Shown: positions 45,267 to 54,480 of the stretch, one piece after another
Numbering within the stretch: the stretch's first letter is position 1
How the letters are laid out: each line of letters begins with the position of its first letter
Virus record (IMG/VR): IMGVR_UViG_3300035181_000471
Coordinates: 62,001 to 126,000 of that record
Direction: 5' to 3' (one strand)
DNA length: 64,000 bases
Notes under the pieces: generated by a model
Told to the model about the DNA's origin: nothing
The model's database searches: none
Seen by the model: only the letters and a program-made list of their open reading frames with translations
Made by a program: the position numbers and the translations under genes

Positions 45267-45471
45267 CCCCCGCATCCTGTGGTGCGTGACCCTCCATTTC
45301 AGAAGGGGAAGGCGGTTTCCTGTCTGAGATTCCCACTCAAACTTGGATACCCTGTGATCACACCCGCAAGGTTGCAGGCACTATCCATCGCAATCCAGGT
45401 GTAAAAATGGACCTGGAAGGCTTACATAGTCAGGGTCTATGTCGAAAGACAGAAGTCTTTTGCTGTACTTT
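45266..45471 (-). ncRNA. Candidate omegaRNA-like structured RNA overlapping the 3' end of the TnpB-like gene
   Basis: At least six consecutive hairpins; ends AGGAAACCGCCTTCC...GGAGGGTCAC, resembling IS200/IS605 right ends. Confidence 0.45.
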
Positions 45472-46836
45472 TTCTTTACGGCGATCCAACCTTTTTCGGA
45501 CTGTGCGACAGGTTCCACGATCCATGAATGTAGCACCGTGCCACATATCATATTTCGCCAAAGCCAGTTGGAGAGCATAGTTAGCCATAGTTTCCGGCAA
45601 AACCTTGGTCCCAGTATGGGAAATCAGGCCGTTACAGGTATACTTGACTAGAACTTGCGCTCCAGTTAATCCCATGATTGTAGCAAACTCCTCGTTTTCA
45701 GCTAGTAGTTTACGCTCCCACACTTTTAGGTGCTTGGAATCGTAGAACGGCGTATCTTTCGGATATTGCTCCCCAAGTGAGACAAGTCTTGGAGTTAAGT
45801 AGAATTCTATAGCACCCACCGCCTTTAGAACTCCACATCTGCGAGTGAATTCTTTATGAATCCCCAGGAGATTTTTAGGTGTAACGCTAGATCCGTCTAG
45901 ACTTAGGGATCTGACCTTACCCTTGATTTCTTTGAAGAACTTGTCAAGGAAGTTCTTCACATTTTCTAATAATGCAGGACTTATAGTGTAAAACTCTCGA
46001 TCTTCGAAGGCGTTTTGAACAACGATGCTCAAGCCTTTCTCAGAGAACGAGCAACCGATGTCAACAAGTCTTGGATCTCGGCAAAAATTGATGGAACTAT
46101 CTTCTAAGTTCACTTCCCTCACTACATCGGGAGCTGTGAAGGTGAATGATACCAAGAATCGCTTGTCAGATTTCCTAACCAAGCGAGTTGAGACCACTCG
46201 CCTGAGATCTGAGCCTACTGACTTGAGGTAGAGGGCAACTTCAGATTGAATACCTGGGTAGTTTCTCAAATCCAACGGTACGGTGTTCAGACGGTGGAGC
46301 CTCTTATGCCTCAGGGGGCTTGAAGAGCGACCTCTGCGCTTCAGATACTCTTTCAAGGCTCTGAGCGTGTAGAAGGGGCTTTCTGCGAAGGCACGGGCTA
46401 GGTTAGAGTCGGTCTTCAGGAGACCGCGACCTAACTGGATACCCTTTTGGTCCAGGTCCACGAGTAGGTTCCAAGCCTTCAAGTAGTCTTGGAACATGGC
46501 TTCCATGCCGATTATGTCCTTCAAGCCAATAGACTTACGGTGGCGGATTTTCTTGATAGAAAACTCTTCTTTGCAGAACTCAGAGGAAAATGCTATCTTA
46601 TCCCCTTCGATGGAATAGTCCGTGTGCTTACGCTCACAAGGAGCAATGCCTTTCAGGAGGCCGGAGCCCCCGGAGGTGGCACCACGGGACCAAACAGAGC
46701 CATCCCACCACTCGGCATCCATCATCACGGACTTGTATCGGCGGAACTCCCCCTTCTGGAAGAAAGGCATAGGCTCGGGGAAGACCCTAGGTAGGTCACT
46801 CGTAGCCTTGATAGTCTTCACGGTGAAGGTGGTCAT
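45430..46836 (-). CDS. Highly diverged TnpB/Cas12f-like protein, RuvC motifs degenerate, about 90-aa N-terminal extension
   Basis: Colinear weak matches to TnpB blocks (see findings); GAGGA RBS. Confidence 0.5.
   Translation of the reverse strand: MTTFTVKTIKATSDLPRVFPEPMPFFQKGEFRRYKSVMMDAEWWDGSVWSRGATSGGSGLLKGIAPCERKHTDYSIEGDKIAFSSEFCKEEFSIKKIRHRKSIGLKDIIGMEAMFQDYLKAWNLLVDLDQKGIQLGRGLLKTDSNLARAFAESPFYTLRALKEYLKRRGRSSSPLRHKRLHRLNTVPLDLRNYPGIQSEVALYLKSVGSDLRRVVSTRLVRKSDKRFLVSFTFTAPDVVREVNLEDSSINFCRDPRLVDIGCSFSEKGLSIVVQNAFEDREFYTISPALLENVKNFLDKFFKEIKGKVRSLSLDGSSVTPKNLLGIHKEFTRRCGVLKAVGAIEFYLTPRLVSLGEQYPKDTPFYDSKHLKVWERKLLAENEEFATIMGLTGAQVLVKYTCNGLISHTGTKVLPETMANYALQLALAKYDMWHGATFMDRGTCRTVRKRLDRRKEKVQQKTSVFRHRP
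45445..45471. repeat. 27-bp direct repeat, copy 1
   Basis: AAAGACAGAAGTCTTTTGCTGTACTTT identical to 46975-47001. Confidence 0.92.
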
Positions 46837-46974
46837 CCAGAAATAGTCCTCAAAGGTTTGTTACTCTATTCTGGGGAATCGGAAGCGGATTTCTTTTTCC
46901 TGGTTTCATAGGGGGTCTGAAAACCATAAAGAGAAGAAAAGATATTATACATATATATGTCTTTTTTAAGTACA

Positions 46975-47001
46975 AAAGACAGAAGTCTTTTGCTGTACTT
47001 T
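46975..47001. repeat. 27-bp direct repeat, copy 2, abutting a TATAAT (47002-47007, minus strand)
   Basis: Identical to 45445-45471; part of hairpin AAGTACA-AAAGAC-AGAA-GTCTTT-TGC-TGTACTT. Confidence 0.92.
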
Positions 47002-47196
47002 ATTATAGGAAACGAGGCCCCTATACACTTCGAATGGACCCTAAGTTGTTGAAAACATTAGCCTGTCAACTTTCGAACACCCCTCAAAATGGTCCAAAAC
47101 CTGAAAAAACTCTAATTTTCCGGTGTGAGTTTGTTTTCCTTGAGTTGTAAGCGAATTTCGTCAGATGGGTTTCAGTGCCCTAGATAGGAGAGGGAG

Positions 47197-47718
47197 ATGG
47201 CGGATTGGAAACCTATGAGAGATTTAATGGCATTCCTGAAGAGGATGGTTTCAGACGATAACGGTATGCCGAGTTCGTCTAGGGTCATTGGGATAATGAT
47301 CTTCACCCTCCTAGTAGTCTCCGTTGGGAGCATCACAGGTGTATTCCTGTGGAAGTTATATTGGACTCAGGATGCTAATGTAGTTAAAATCCTGGTTGAA
47401 GGCATCAATAAGTTCTCTTGGTTCTACATGATTCTAGCGGCCACGGCTCTAAGTTTATATGGAATCAATGTTTGGAAATACATCGCTCAGATAAAGAGCG
47501 GTGGTATAATGGGTGGAGGGAGCAGTATTAATGATAGTGATGCTGACTATTCCAAGCCTTTGAAGCCTTCAGGTGTCACTGGGCTACCACCCTCAGGGGT
47601 TCCATCCACTCAGGCAATCAAGATTCCAATCCAGACTGGGCGAAAGGTTGCTGAGAAACCACATCCAGTTCCACCACCAGTTAAAACTAGTATTCCAGGG
47701 CAAGGATCGGACGATTAA
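47197..47718 (+). CDS. Holin-like membrane protein
   Basis: SDDNGMPSSSRVIG, two TM helices, Pro-rich tail; first gene of plus-strand block. Confidence 0.55.
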   Translation: MADWKPMRDLMAFLKRMVSDDNGMPSSSRVIGIMIFTLLVVSVGSITGVFLWKLYWTQDANVVKILVEGINKFSWFYMILAATALSLYGINVWKYIAQIKSGGIMGGGSSINDSDADYSKPLKPSGVTGLPPSGVPSTQAIKIPIQTGRKVAEKPHPVPPPVKTSIPGQGSDD

Positions 47719-48221
47719 TGCTACCTCCAGTGAAGGAAGAGATACCCATCGAGCTTAAGGGCTACAAATTCATATTCAGGCGTATGACCTGGAAGGAGTC
47801 TCTATCCAACACCAAGAAGTTTTCTAAGTTGGAGGTGATGGCTACCGCCCTTCACTCTGTAGCCGGGACTCCGATGAACTACGAGGACGCATTCAAGGTC
47901 TTGAAGTCCTTACCCATCCCCATTCAAGAGAGGCTTTACATCATCTACATGGGCTCCCAGGATGACAGACGCCTTCTTACTGCCCCAATCCCTTGGTCGG
48001 CACCTGAAGCCGTGGAATTCAAGGCTGAGTTGGAAAGGGAAGAGGCGCAGAAGGATGAAATGCTCAGTGATGTAGAAGAGAGCTTTGCCAAACAGTTCGG
48101 GAAGCAGGCGTTGAAGGACGAAATGGAACTCAGTCGTGAGATCATCAGGAACTCCGGTTACAAGGGTGCAGTTTTGAAGGAAAAGTCGGAATTGAATAAT
48201 GATGGGTGGAGCGATGAGTAG
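47718..48221 (+). CDS. Putative tail assembly chaperone-like protein
   Basis: Position before tape measure; FIFRRMTWKE. Confidence 0.5.
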   Translation: MLPPVKEEIPIELKGYKFIFRRMTWKESLSNTKKFSKLEVMATALHSVAGTPMNYEDAFKVLKSLPIPIQERLYIIYMGSQDDRRLLTAPIPWSAPEAVEFKAELEREEAQKDEMLSDVEESFAKQFGKQALKDEMELSREIIRNSGYKGAVLKEKSELNNDGWSDE

Positions 48222-49296
48222 TCTCGGCACCGATTTCATGAAAGAGATCAACGAAGGTAGGGTAGCTGTCAGAAGCTCTGCCTTCGCAGAAGAGGTCAAG
48301 ATTAAGACTACGGATGCCATGTCAGAACTAATAACCTTTGGAGCTAGGGTTAGGCCCTTGAGCCTGAAGGGTGAACAGATTGGTTGGGTTAAGGCCCTAC
48401 CCTTCAATGAAAAGAAACAGCTTGACATCTGGTATCCTGATGAGAACACAAGAATCGAACAATTACTGCTTCACACCACTACCTTGACTTCGGAGGAGGT
48501 CAATGACCTTGATAGCGTGGAGTTAAACACCATTCTACGAGTCATTCTGAGCCTTAACCTAGCTGACTTAAGTCTCTACCCTTATGTCTCAGCCTTTGTG
48601 TCTACCAATACCTCCTTTAGATTATCTGCGTCCCACTCCTCCGATCTTTTGGCTCCTAAGCGTATTGTTCTACCTGATGGTAAAGAGTTAAAGCAGTTAT
48701 CTTCCCCTGACATCCTCCAGCTTTGGGTCTCCCTTTGCCGAATTCGTGAGACTACCATTGAGAGGCTTGAGAACGCTCAAAACGCTGGAACCATAGCCAA
48801 GGCTTTCGTGGGGAAGGGTGCTGACAACTACAATAATGCCATCTCCCAGGCCCTAGCTTCGCTGAGAACCGACTCAATTGAGCCCTGGATGGATGTTATC
48901 AACTTCCTCAGCGTCAAAACTGACCAAAATTTACATGATGGCTACGGTCACTCCCACCAGGATAACTCTACCGAGGGTCTAATGAGGGAGATGAGAGGGA
49001 TGAACGAGGGTGACAAGCACGAACAGCTAATGGACGCCTTTCACCAGTCACAACTACGAGAAGAAGAGGAAAAACGCAGAAGAGTGGATGAACTCATCGC
49101 TAGACGCCGAGAAATCCTTGAAGCCGCAGATGCCAATGAAATTATGGTGGTGAGAACCGAGGCAGAGGTCAAGAAGAGGGAGCGAGAGATTCATACCCAG
49201 AAGTATGGATGGATTCAAGAGAAGCAAAAGCGAGACTTACTTAATCAAGCAGACGAAGAGGCACCTGTTGAGACCCGACTCAGTAAGTATGTGTAA
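48214..49296 (+). CDS. Putative tail assembly protein
   Basis: Position; charged coiled-coil C-terminus. Confidence 0.5.
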   Translation: MSSLGTDFMKEINEGRVAVRSSAFAEEVKIKTTDAMSELITFGARVRPLSLKGEQIGWVKALPFNEKKQLDIWYPDENTRIEQLLLHTTTLTSEEVNDLDSVELNTILRVILSLNLADLSLYPYVSAFVSTNTSFRLSASHSSDLLAPKRIVLPDGKELKQLSSPDILQLWVSLCRIRETTIERLENAQNAGTIAKAFVGKGADNYNNAISQALASLRTDSIEPWMDVINFLSVKTDQNLHDGYGHSHQDNSTEGLMREMRGMNEGDKHEQLMDAFHQSQLREEEEKRRRVDELIARRREILEAADANEIMVVRTEAEVKKREREIHTQKYGWIQEKQKRDLLNQADEEAPVETRLSKYV

Positions 49297-49340
49297 ATAA
49301 AATAACCCAAATTGGCGATCCAATTTTAGAAGGAGTTTTA

Positions 49341-49937
49341 ATGGCAACGAAGAAGGCAATCGTAAAACCTAAGAAGGTCGAAGAGGTTCAACCTGAACCA
49401 GTGACCCTTAGTGTGGACGAGATTATTGCAGGATTACAGGGATTCGGTATTGAAGACACCGAAGAACTCATCAAACTGACTGTGGATGGCAAGACCGTCA
49501 GCCTCCGTCTATCCAATATTCCCTCTGAGGCTGAAATTCAGTCCCTATACAGTGCCGAAGAGCTAAAAGGACACGCCTGGGTAACCAGAATCAAGTGCGA
49601 GGTTCTCTCCAGAGCTATCAGTTGGATTAATGGCATCTCCTTAAAGGACGCCACCTCAATCTTCATCGTAAACCCCATTACTGGGAACGAAGGTAACATC
49701 CGTCCCATCCTAAGAGATTTACTTATGGGTTGGGGTCAGGAAACCGTCAATGTTCTGTGGAAGATCCTAATGGTCCACTGTCAGAGAATTGAAGACAGAC
49801 TTTATGAGTCTCTACCAGACGCCGCCATCATGACGGATGTAGAAAAGAGATTCTTCCAGAAGGCTCTAGAAGAGATTGAAGAAATTAACCGTGAAGTTGT
49901 AAAGGATTCCATCAAAGAGATGAGAGATTCCGACTAA
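49341..49937 (+). CDS. Putative tail assembly chaperone
   Basis: Directly precedes tape measure; LSRAISWING. Confidence 0.55.
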   Translation: MATKKAIVKPKKVEEVQPEPVTLSVDEIIAGLQGFGIEDTEELIKLTVDGKTVSLRLSNIPSEAEIQSLYSAEELKGHAWVTRIKCEVLSRAISWINGISLKDATSIFIVNPITGNEGNIRPILRDLLMGWGQETVNVLWKILMVHCQRIEDRLYESLPDAAIMTDVEKRFFQKALEEIEEINREVVKDSIKEMRDSD

Positions 49938-49945
49938 GGTAAATA

Positions 49946-52900
49946 ATGGCCTCAAACGCTCAACAGATCAAAGACCTAACCGCCGCAGTAGCCACTTTGC
50001 ACACCAACTCAGCGGCTATCAGCACATCTCTAGCTGAATTTACGAAGGGGTTCAAAGAGTCCATTGACCCCGCTAAGAAACTTAGCGATCATGTTAAGCG
50101 TTTAGGTGACAATCTGAAGGACACCCTAGCTGACACTGAAGATATGAGTGCTTTGTTAAAGACTCTTGGCAAATCTGCTAAGGATCTCGCTAGAACTGAT
50201 TGGTCTGCCCCAGGCGCTATAGACAAGGCCAATGAAGCATTAAAGAAGATGATTAAAAATGCAGAGGATTTGAGGAAAACAAAGAACCTCACTCTAGAGA
50301 CTGAGAAGGCATTAACAAAGCAGATTGAGGCGATGACAACAGCCCAAGTTAAGCTAGCTAGCGGAGTTATGCTTCTTGACGATGAGTGGGAGAAGTTGGA
50401 AGATACCGTCAATAGTGTAGTCAAGGGTGTGGATTCTATTGATTTCAAAAAAGCCAAGGCTGGAATGACCAGCTTAGGCTCCGCCTTAGGTTCCGTAGCT
50501 AGTGTATTCAAGGATATCAATGCATTCCAGTTCAAGAACATTACTGACGCTTTCTCAAAAATGAGAACTGATGCCAAAGAGATGAAGAAACACATGGCCG
50601 AAGGAGGAGCCGGGTGGAAGGCTCAGCAAGATGCTAGAAAAATTTTAAGTGGTGATGACAAAGATGCCAAGAGGAAGCTATTGGCTGATGGCTTTGAGGC
50701 TTCTGGGAAGAGTAGAATGAACCCTATGGGTTGGATTGACAAGGGTCTTGCAAAGGTGATGGCTAGACAAGTGGCAAACGGGGGAGGTCAGACCCTTACC
50801 AAAATGTTTGCTCAAGGTGGTGGGTCTATTACCGCTGGTGGTGGTATGGATGTCATGTCAATGATGGGGAAGATGTCTCCAATGATCACTGTATTCTCAA
50901 CTCTTCTAGAGGCTGTGGGTTCTGTAGCAAAGAGGAAAAATGACATTTACCAGGGACTTGGTAAGGGTGGGCTCCTAGCCGGAAACACTGATGTTCGTGG
51001 TGTTTATAGTGGTATGATTGACAAGTTAACACCAGAAAAGCCCTTATCTTTTTCTACCTCCGTTATGGGGATGAACTTTGATAAAAATCTAGAGATCATG
51101 AAGAGTCTCGTAGAAAATGGTATTGGCATCAGAGGTATGGGAACAGGTCAGTCTGCACAAGGAGCCTTGGAGGGAGGACAAGCTACGACTGCTATGGGTG
51201 GTATCATGCGTAACTCATATATTTTTGGTAGCAACCTCGGGATGAGTAACCAGGAGTCGGTCGCACTCACAGCTAAAGCCATCACCGAGTTCAACCAGTC
51301 ATTCCAGCAGACAGAAGACCTATTCATTAATATCAACAAGGGTGTTTCCGCCACTGGTTTGACAACAACTAAGTACCTCGGATTGATTGATCAGATCACT
51401 GGACAGTTTAGTAGATTTAATAAAACACTTGCCGACACCGTTGCCGTCATCACAGCAATGGGTAAGTCGGGGAAATACACAGCGGAGTATATGTCTGAAA
51501 TGATGAAGGCCGTTTCTGGTGGGGAGAAGAGCTTTGAACAGAGAGCCTTTGCCTATGACACTATGTCGAAAGACGATAGAAAAGGTCTACTTGATAACTA
51601 CAGAAGGCAGTCTCAAGCTTCTGGAGATGCACTAGCTGGGCAACTAGGTATCAAGAGTTCTGACCTAGAGAAGATGTCTGACGCAGACATTAACGAGTTG
51701 GTTAATAAAAAGATTGAGGGCATGTCAGATCTTGACAAGAAGCAGTATGGTAGTTTACAGAGTCAGTACTTAAACAATAGAAGCAATCTATCAGCTAGAG
51801 AAAGAGCATTCAAGTCTGGTGATGTAGTTGCAATGGCTGGCGTGGACATGAGTGTTGGTGCTACAAGAGAAGGTGAAACTGCTCAGCAGATGGCGCTTCT
51901 AAATGTTCTTGTTAAGAACATGGGTGGGAAAGATATTTCGGATTTTTCAGATAGAGAAAAACGAGCCAAGATCATATCAAACCCTGGATTCAGTTTGATG
52001 GCACAACAGTTAGGAATCTCTGATGTAAAGGGGTTAACAGGGGCCTTACCCGCTGCCCAGATGCAATTAGCCAAGGAATTTCAGAATACCAAGCCTGGGA
52101 TGAAAGGTAAATCCCTCGATCAAGTTATGCAATCTCCAGAATTCCAGAAGTTCTTGTCTAGTGGTGCTGGCGCTAATAAGATGGCCGAAGTAATCACCAA
52201 AGAAATGCGTGATGCAGAAGAGAAGAAATCAGCCGACAACTACAAGTCGATCACTGACCCACTCTCCATCATTAAAAACACACTTAAGGCCCTTCTCGAC
52301 AACATCATTAAGATGCTATCCGTAGTAGTAGATATCTTCACCTTTAGTATATTCAAGAGTGACGCAGAAAGTAACAAAAAGGGAATCGAAATCGCTGATG
52401 CGTACGGTCACACTGGAACTCAAGGAGAGCGCGACTTCTACAGATCCCAAGCTGATGAAGCTTTTAAAAAGGTAGATTCGGACAAGTCAATTGAAGACGC
52501 AGGCATGAGGGATGCCCTAAAATCGCGCATCACTCAAGCCAGAGATGAGTATGAAATGTTGAGTAAAGCCAAAGAGGAAAAAACTCTAACTGAGGATATG
52601 GGGAAGAGACTAGCTGTTCTAGGTAGCCAGATGAATAGGTTCCAATCAGGAACCGCTATGGACGGCCTGACAGTGTTTGATACTAACGCTAAGTTTACAC
52701 AGGCTGATATTGACAAACATAAAAAAGCTTTAAACGGTGGACCCGTAAAGGCCACCACACTTTCTGATGTCAATGCTCAAGATCAAGCTGTTGATAGTGC
52801 AGTTACCGCCACTCTCAGTAAACTAGATAGCGGTGATTTCTCAGGATTCCTAAAGAATGGCGCAGTTGCAGGGGACACCCTTGGTAGGGATCTAATCGCT

Positions 52901-53071
52901 GATATCAAGAAATACCAGGATGACATTAAAGCCGCCAGCACCGATGCAGAAAGAGCTAAGGTGGATACCGAATTCAAAGCTAACATCACAAATAACTACA
53001 CCAATGTTGATGCGTCCACAGTGCTTGGTGCCATCAAAGGCACTAATGTAGCTGGAGAAACGGCTAAGTAA
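49946..53071 (+). CDS. Tape measure protein
   Basis: 1041 aa, helical, A/K/M/G-rich, very few aromatics and cysteines. Confidence 0.75.
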   Translation: MASNAQQIKDLTAAVATLHTNSAAISTSLAEFTKGFKESIDPAKKLSDHVKRLGDNLKDTLADTEDMSALLKTLGKSAKDLARTDWSAPGAIDKANEALKKMIKNAEDLRKTKNLTLETEKALTKQIEAMTTAQVKLASGVMLLDDEWEKLEDTVNSVVKGVDSIDFKKAKAGMTSLGSALGSVASVFKDINAFQFKNITDAFSKMRTDAKEMKKHMAEGGAGWKAQQDARKILSGDDKDAKRKLLADGFEASGKSRMNPMGWIDKGLAKVMARQVANGGGQTLTKMFAQGGGSITAGGGMDVMSMMGKMSPMITVFSTLLEAVGSVAKRKNDIYQGLGKGGLLAGNTDVRGVYSGMIDKLTPEKPLSFSTSVMGMNFDKNLEIMKSLVENGIGIRGMGTGQSAQGALEGGQATTAMGGIMRNSYIFGSNLGMSNQESVALTAKAITEFNQSFQQTEDLFININKGVSATGLTTTKYLGLIDQITGQFSRFNKTLADTVAVITAMGKSGKYTAEYMSEMMKAVSGGEKSFEQRAFAYDTMSKDDRKGLLDNYRRQSQASGDALAGQLGIKSSDLEKMSDADINELVNKKIEGMSDLDKKQYGSLQSQYLNNRSNLSARERAFKSGDVVAMAGVDMSVGATREGETAQQMALLNVLVKNMGGKDISDFSDREKRAKIISNPGFSLMAQQLGISDVKGLTGALPAAQMQLAKEFQNTKPGMKGKSLDQVMQSPEFQKFLSSGAGANKMAEVITKEMRDAEEKKSADNYKSITDPLSIIKNTLKALLDNIIKMLSVVVDIFTFSIFKSDAESNKKGIEIADAYGHTGTQGERDFYRSQADEAFKKVDSDKSIEDAGMRDALKSRITQARDEYEMLSKAKEEKTLTEDMGKRLAVLGSQMNRFQSGTAMDGLTVFDTNAKFTQADIDKHKKALNGGPVKATTLSDVNAQDQAVDSAVTATLSKLDSGDFSGFLKNGAVAGDTLGRDLIADIKKYQDDIKAASTDAERAKVDTEFKANITNNYTNVDASTVLGAIKGTNVAGETAK

Positions 53072-54480
53072 TGGGTAAATCTCCTTCTCCATCCCCATCA
53101 GTTCGTGATGCGATCACTTCTGGTGCAAGAACTTGGAAGCAAGATCCTAAGGTCATGCTTGCGTTTGCACAGGTGGAATCTTCGTTTAATCCAGCACCTA
53201 AGCCATCCGATGAGAAGGAATCTACCGGACTTTTTCAAATTAGGAGAGAGACCTGGGCTGGCCTAGTCAAAGATAAGCTGATTACTGGTGATTATTCAAC
53301 CAATCCTGCTGAACAGAGTAGAGCCGCCGCCGCACTAGTATCTCAACTAACAACTGAGATGAATGGGGACATGAAGGCTGTGGCAGTAGCCTACAACGCT
53401 GGCCCTAAAGCTGGTCTCCGTTTTAAGGCGCTCGTAGCTCAAGGGTGGTCAGATGTCGAAGCTAATAAGCAAGCAGTCCTAGAGGCTGGAAGGGGAGACC
53501 CTTCCTACATCGTAAAATGGACTAAGGCCGCTGGGATGCAAGCCTCGACTGGTGGAACTCACACGGCAGGCTCAAATACATCCGAAGCTTCATCTACCTC
53601 ACAAACCGTCACAGAAGGTCCGCCATCTGACTATGTTCCACTGGTTTCTGATTCGGTAGAAGCCTCCATCGTTACAGAAGGGAACACCCGCTCTCTCTTC
53701 ATTGACGAGGGTCTAGACTCTCTCCCCTGGTACGAAGACCAAGATCTTCTAGTTGGTAATCCGCACCTTAAGAAACTTCAGTACCCCGTTACCTTCTCCA
53801 TCAATCTAAAGGAATTTGCTTCACCTTTAATGGCAACAAAGGACTCACCCCTTACTGTAAAGCTCAATTGTAGCCTTGATTCCGAAACTATCAATATGAA
53901 ACACATTATCAATAAATCTAACACAAGAACCGGGTTCCACATGACTTTCTGGGGGATGGAGCCAGACACAATTACCGGCTCTGGTTCTACTGGTGTGTTC
54001 ATGAACCAGTTTGGAGTTACGGACTTGATGAGTCTTGCTGTTACTCCAGACGAGCTATTTGACGCCGCAGAAGAGGCAGGACAGGGCGCTCCACTTCTGA
54101 ACACACCAAGAAACTCCAGACTTCGCGTAGCCGCTCAAGATGCCTTTGTGGAGCTTCTATCCCTATTCAGAAACAACGGCATCACCCGCTACAAGAGAGA
54201 TAACTACGAAGATGGGGATTCCGTGACTATTAATCGTGACCAAATCCAGCAATCTGTGTGGTCCGAGAAATATGGAGACACCTCTTACACTAGAAATGCT
54301 AGAAACAACGATGTTATGGTTAAAGGTAATGTCGTGATGAAGTTTAAGAGTAATTACTACCACGGGTATTTCAAATCCCTTTCATGGACAATGGACGCTG
54401 AGAATCCATTCCAGTGGAAGTTTGATTTCACCTTCCAAGTCCAGAAGACCGTTTCCTTTGTATTCTACCCCAGAGCCTAA
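53071..54480 (+). CDS. Lytic transglycosylase (SLT) fused to tail-tube-initiator-like domain
   Basis: AQVESSFNP, GLFQI, AYNAGP; C-terminal ITGSGSTG...YHGYFKSLSW...PFQWKFDFTF. Confidence 0.8.
   Translation: MGKSPSPSPSVRDAITSGARTWKQDPKVMLAFAQVESSFNPAPKPSDEKESTGLFQIRRETWAGLVKDKLITGDYSTNPAEQSRAAAALVSQLTTEMNGDMKAVAVAYNAGPKAGLRFKALVAQGWSDVEANKQAVLEAGRGDPSYIVKWTKAAGMQASTGGTHTAGSNTSEASSTSQTVTEGPPSDYVPLVSDSVEASIVTEGNTRSLFIDEGLDSLPWYEDQDLLVGNPHLKKLQYPVTFSINLKEFASPLMATKDSPLTVKLNCSLDSETINMKHIINKSNTRTGFHMTFWGMEPDTITGSGSTGVFMNQFGVTDLMSLAVTPDELFDAAEEAGQGAPLLNTPRNSRLRVAAQDAFVELLSLFRNNGITRYKRDNYEDGDSVTINRDQIQQSVWSEKYGDTSYTRNARNNDVMVKGNVVMKFKSNYYHGYFKSLSWTMDAENPFQWKFDFTFQVQKTVSFVFYPRA

Noticed and set aside
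45445-47001. CRISPR array interpretation of the 27-bp repeat
   Set aside because: Only two copies 1.5 kb apart with a gene between; no spacer-sized intervals or cas genes.
46860-47190. Replication origin or genome terminus at the strand switch
   Set aside because: AT-rich and divergent, but no iteron array or other positive evidence; explained adequately by divergent promoters.
47718-49937. Programmed frameshift in tail chaperone genes
   Set aside because: No convincing slippery heptamer at the junctions; each ORF has its own plausible start.
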